Below are positions 60,388 to 64,000 of a stretch of DNA of 64,000 nt, one piece after another; within the stretch, counting starts at the first letter, position 1; every line of letters starts with the position of its first letter. The stretch spans positions 740,159 through 804,158 of the forward strand of contig RHPI01003156.1 in the NCBI GenBank assembly GCA_009103225.1. Direction: 5' to 3'. Origin of the DNA: Chlorokybus atmophyticus. Taxonomy: Eukaryota; Plantae; Mesostigma and Chlorokybus algae. The translations under genes were made by a program, and so were the position numbers. The notes beneath the pieces are model-generated. The model ran no database searches. It was not told where the DNA came from and saw only the letters and a program-made list of their open reading frames with translations.

Positions 60388-63300
60388 CTACTTGCTAGCA
60401 AACAGTTGTTTAGGTTTTATGGTAGGTTTAACTTGCTTGTTGGGACGTGTTGCCCATGGAGATACCGCCAGTGGGATGTGAGTTTTGCCGCTGAACTGGC
60501 TCACATGTTGCTGAGGCTTTGTAGCATGTTGTGGTTGTCCACTTTTTAAACTACATGCTTCTTCATTTGGCATCGTCGCATGCTGGCTGTCTGACTGCTT
60601 GGTCTGCACTGACTTGGTCTTTGCACGAGGCCATCTCATAGGAAATGAGCGTTTACTTGTTCTTGTGTAAGTTTGGCCGCGCATCACTGTTTTCGGCCTG
60701 CCTACAGGCACGGCCTTCTTGATTCTCACATGCTGCTCCTCTTGTGATGTCGGCTTGTTTGGTTCACCAGCGTTGTCCTGCTCAGCAACAGGCGGCTTGT
60801 ATTGCTTGCGCCTATTGAACAGAGCCTTGTAGTGACGGTCGCTAGCTTTGCGACGGTCTCGTTTCTGTTGACGCTTGGCTGTGGGCTGAACTGCAGGGAT
60901 CATTGACCTCACACGGTCCGCTAGCAGGCACAAGTCTTGGCAGATGGCAACAATGTGCTCGTCGGGAATATAAGAGAGGTTAGATTTAATTGCATGCAAA
61001 GCTCGTTTGGCATTGTCATGAGCTGTTGCAGCACACGCATCTTTTCCACCACCTGCGACAATCAAAGTCACAACTTGGTCATACATGCTGGTCATAATGA
61101 TGATGTGCACGAGCATGCGCATGTCAACCACACCTGGTAGTTGTTGTGTTTGCGTGTTTGGCTGGCTGATGCCGCAGTCCTTGTTGATGTCAAACCCCCA
61201 TTTTAGGATCATCTTGCTCATGTACAACTTCGGGCTCTTCTCTTTGCTTTCTCCCAGTTCTAGCCCACGCCTCTGTCACATTATCTACCTCTGCGTGCGT
61301 TGTTGAAGTAAGCTGTATTGATTGATGCAGGGTGTGGCACTACACGCAGCAAGTGACCTTACCTCCGTCAACGAGGCTGCTAATACCGAGCACGGTCGAC
61401 ACCGCAAGTAAGTGGCAACACACATTGAGGTAACGGAAGGCGATGCAATTGCAAAACTTGGCGAACACATTGATGTCGAACTGCAATTGAGCAGGTAGGA
61501 GGCTTTTGCAGGTTGCCAGCCCAAGCTTTTCGTCAACGATATCCACACATCCATTAGCAACAAGCTTGGTTGAGGCCACCTGCAAGCACATGTAAGTAGT
61601 AGCCTTATGCTAGCCACTGGTCAAAGCGCGCATGAATACGCCAACCTTGGTCATATCGGGTGTAACATGGCAGGCACGAGCGCTAGCCTCCGCGTGCTTG
61701 CAGAGGTCATGATAATAAAGTGACGCCTTGCATGTGCAGCTCAGCTCCGGCACCATACACGTGTAATTTGTGTTGTCTGATGACAAGCTGATCACAGTGA
61801 GGCTGCCCAAAGCTGCGTCATTGACGCTGATACAGCCATTTGTGCCCAACAGGTACTCCACTTGGTACTGGTGTTGTTGTTGCTGCCAAAGGTGTCGATT
61901 CCGATACCGATCAGCTAGTTTCATGCGACGCTCGTTGTAGTAAAACGGGACAACCTTGTTCATCAAGAAGTTGATCAAGTCACTCAAACGCCGATTAACA
62001 ACGCCCTTCATGAACATGTACTTAAAAGTTCTGAAGAACCGCTCCAGCAAGTTGTTGGTTTCAATGTTGCGATGGGCGAATTGCCGCCCACAATCTGCCC
62101 ACATGCCTGCGTACACATGTCCGTACTGACTGTTGGTTGAATTGAGCACTGCTGGCAAGGCTCATGCAATCAACTGCTTACCATAGCAAGGCAACCACTC
62201 TTCTTGCAAGTACTTAACATTAGCTGGCTGGTTGGCGAACTTTAAGCAGAATCTCGTGCAAGTCGCTTGAAGACATCCTCATCTTGCGTCTGCTTCAAGT
62301 TGCGCACGTCCGCAAGCACCTGCTTGCGCGTGCCCGCGTCTCGGACACTTTTCTTCAGGTGCCTTTCCCAATCTTGCATGAGGTGGAAATAGCACAACAG
62401 CACATTTGCTCCTACTGATTGCACAGCCTTGATCTCGGCAGCGCTCTTATCCATCATGATGTTCTTGGGAAGAACGCCACTTGCAGCTGCGATAGCTTTG
62501 AGAAACATGGCAATAACGGAGTGCTCCTCTGTGTTGCAGATCATGAAAGCCACCGGAACACCTGTCATATGACAACATAAAGTTGAGGTTAAGCACACCT
62601 CGCACAAGTAAGAGCCTGTACGTACCGTTACCGAAATCATCCTTTATGAGCATGGTGAAGAATGGATAACCATACTTGTTGGTGCCGCCAGTTGCGTACA
62701 ACAGGGCTATGTCCCTCCCAAAGATCTGCAACATTTGCCGTTGAAATTGTGTCTGAACACCAACAACCACATGGCCTTCTCTTGCTGGTGATGTCAATGC
62801 TTCGTTGGTGTAGAACAAGATGCTAGTCGTTGGCAATTGCGCTACTATCTTGTCCAACGCAACAGCATCATTCTCGTCAAGGCGTGTTGCTCGTTGTAGT
62901 CGTTTGTACAAGTTGAGAATGCCTTGATAGCTCAGTGTCTGCCTCGCATCCGCATATGGATTGCCATCAATTTGCTGATTCACCTCCGTGCTTAGCACTA
63001 GCACACAAAGCACGTGTTATTGCAGGTCGTTAAACTGACTGCCACATGTGCTTGGCATCATTCACTCTTACCAATCTGCACCTCCTTTGGTTTCAGACCC
63101 AAACGAAGAAGCTCCACCATCCTTTCCTCCAGCGAATGGTCAGTGTCCAAGAACTTCAAGTCCTCAACGCTATCTGCATGTAGCTGATCAGTCCGTGCTG
63201 ACACTCGCACGCGCACGTGCTGACCAATGGCATGTTGATGCACTACATCAGGTAAGCCCTTGCTAGCCGGCATGGGCATGTGTGCATGTGCTGTTGAATG

Positions 63301-63986
63301 CAACCAAACAGGTCATCCCGTGCATGCAAGGAGGCATGCGCACGCTCACATGCGCATGCCTCCTTGCATGCTGATGTGTGATAGGCGAGCCCGTGCTGCC
63401 TTGGATATGCGTGTGTTGCCTGCGCATGCACGTGCCGGTGTGCGCATATACGCGCATGTGCTGCCAACTGGTGCGCTGATGGTGTGCAGGTGTGAAGTGT
63501 TCCAAGCAACATACCTGGCACGTGGTTGGTATGGTTGCACACTTCCTCTATGATGGCAGCATCCGGTTCATGAGTAAGTACGGTAACTGTCAAGCGAAAT
63601 CCACATCCGCACTTTGCAGAAGCAACTGGCTGTCTCCGTTGATCGCGCGTGCTTAATCTAGCACCACCGCGCTTGCAACCATAGGTGATTTTCTGTAGAT
63701 AGTGTTTGCGCTCAGTCTCCACCTCATACCGACTCTTAGGATTGTACAACACGCGCAAGTTGACGCAATTCTCTTGTTGGTATGCTTCCAGGAACTTTGC
63801 AACATCACGGCGCAACACGGTCTTCACTAGCAGTTGGCCTAGGAGAGCATGTCATTTCAGATCAGTAGTTGAAAGCATGCATTGCAAAGAAAAGAAGCCC
63901 AACTGTGTACCTTGTGGTTGTTGCACCGGTTGAGGGGTAAGAGCTTGCAAGTGTGTTTTCGCTACTAAAGCTTTTCGTCCATCCAT
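60388..63986 (-). mobile_element. MULE/MuDR-superfamily transposase pseudogene (N-terminal zinc finger + DDE + SWIM) with spliceosomal introns; element probably continues beyond the window
   Basis: N-terminal YGCKRGG...AKCGCGFRL...HTNHVPG, xATGGTNKYGYP, GVPVAFMIC, IMMDKSAAE, LLCYFHLMQ, TNNLLERFFR and SWIM CTC...LCKH. The first catalytic Asp appears as Tyr and there is a frameshift near 62250. No TIR or TSD could be identified. Confidence 0.85.
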
Positions 63987-64000
63987 GAAGGTCACAGCAC

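Noticed and set aside
1-64000. tRNA, rRNA, snoRNA genes
   Set aside because: No cloverleaf, rRNA-like or clear C/D or H/ACA structure was recognised by eye; tRNAscan-SE or Infernal would be needed to exclude them.

Overview
Intron-rich eukaryotic nuclear DNA. It is probably a flagellated green alga, possibly an early-diverging streptophyte. That is an inference from an EDR1-type Raf kinase, DEG7, transit-peptide-like N-termini, AAACCCTA telo-boxes and the flagellar gene SPAG17/PF6. About eleven spliced host genes are recognisable: SPAG17/PF6, a divergent RAD51, a macrodomain protein, an ARM-like+TPR protein, a single-domain CatSper1-like cation channel, a CPBP/Abi protease, an EDR1/CTR1-family kinase, an M50 site-2 protease, DEG7/Nma111 protease, PheRS beta and a SAM methyltransferase. 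Three mobile-element relics are present. One is a full-length but disabled Ty3/gypsy element (289-bp LTRs, 4-bp TSD, tRNA-Ala-like PBS) in the short RAD51/macrodomain divergent promoter. The others are a 5'-truncated CRE-like non-LTR retrotransposon and an intron-containing MULE/SWIM transposase pseudogene. There are two unexplained AT-richer blocks, two N-gaps flanked by G/C runs, and several strong hairpins. The most striking item is the CatSper1-like channel in an apparently green-lineage genome. Exon joins were read by eye, so gene boundaries are approximate where stated.
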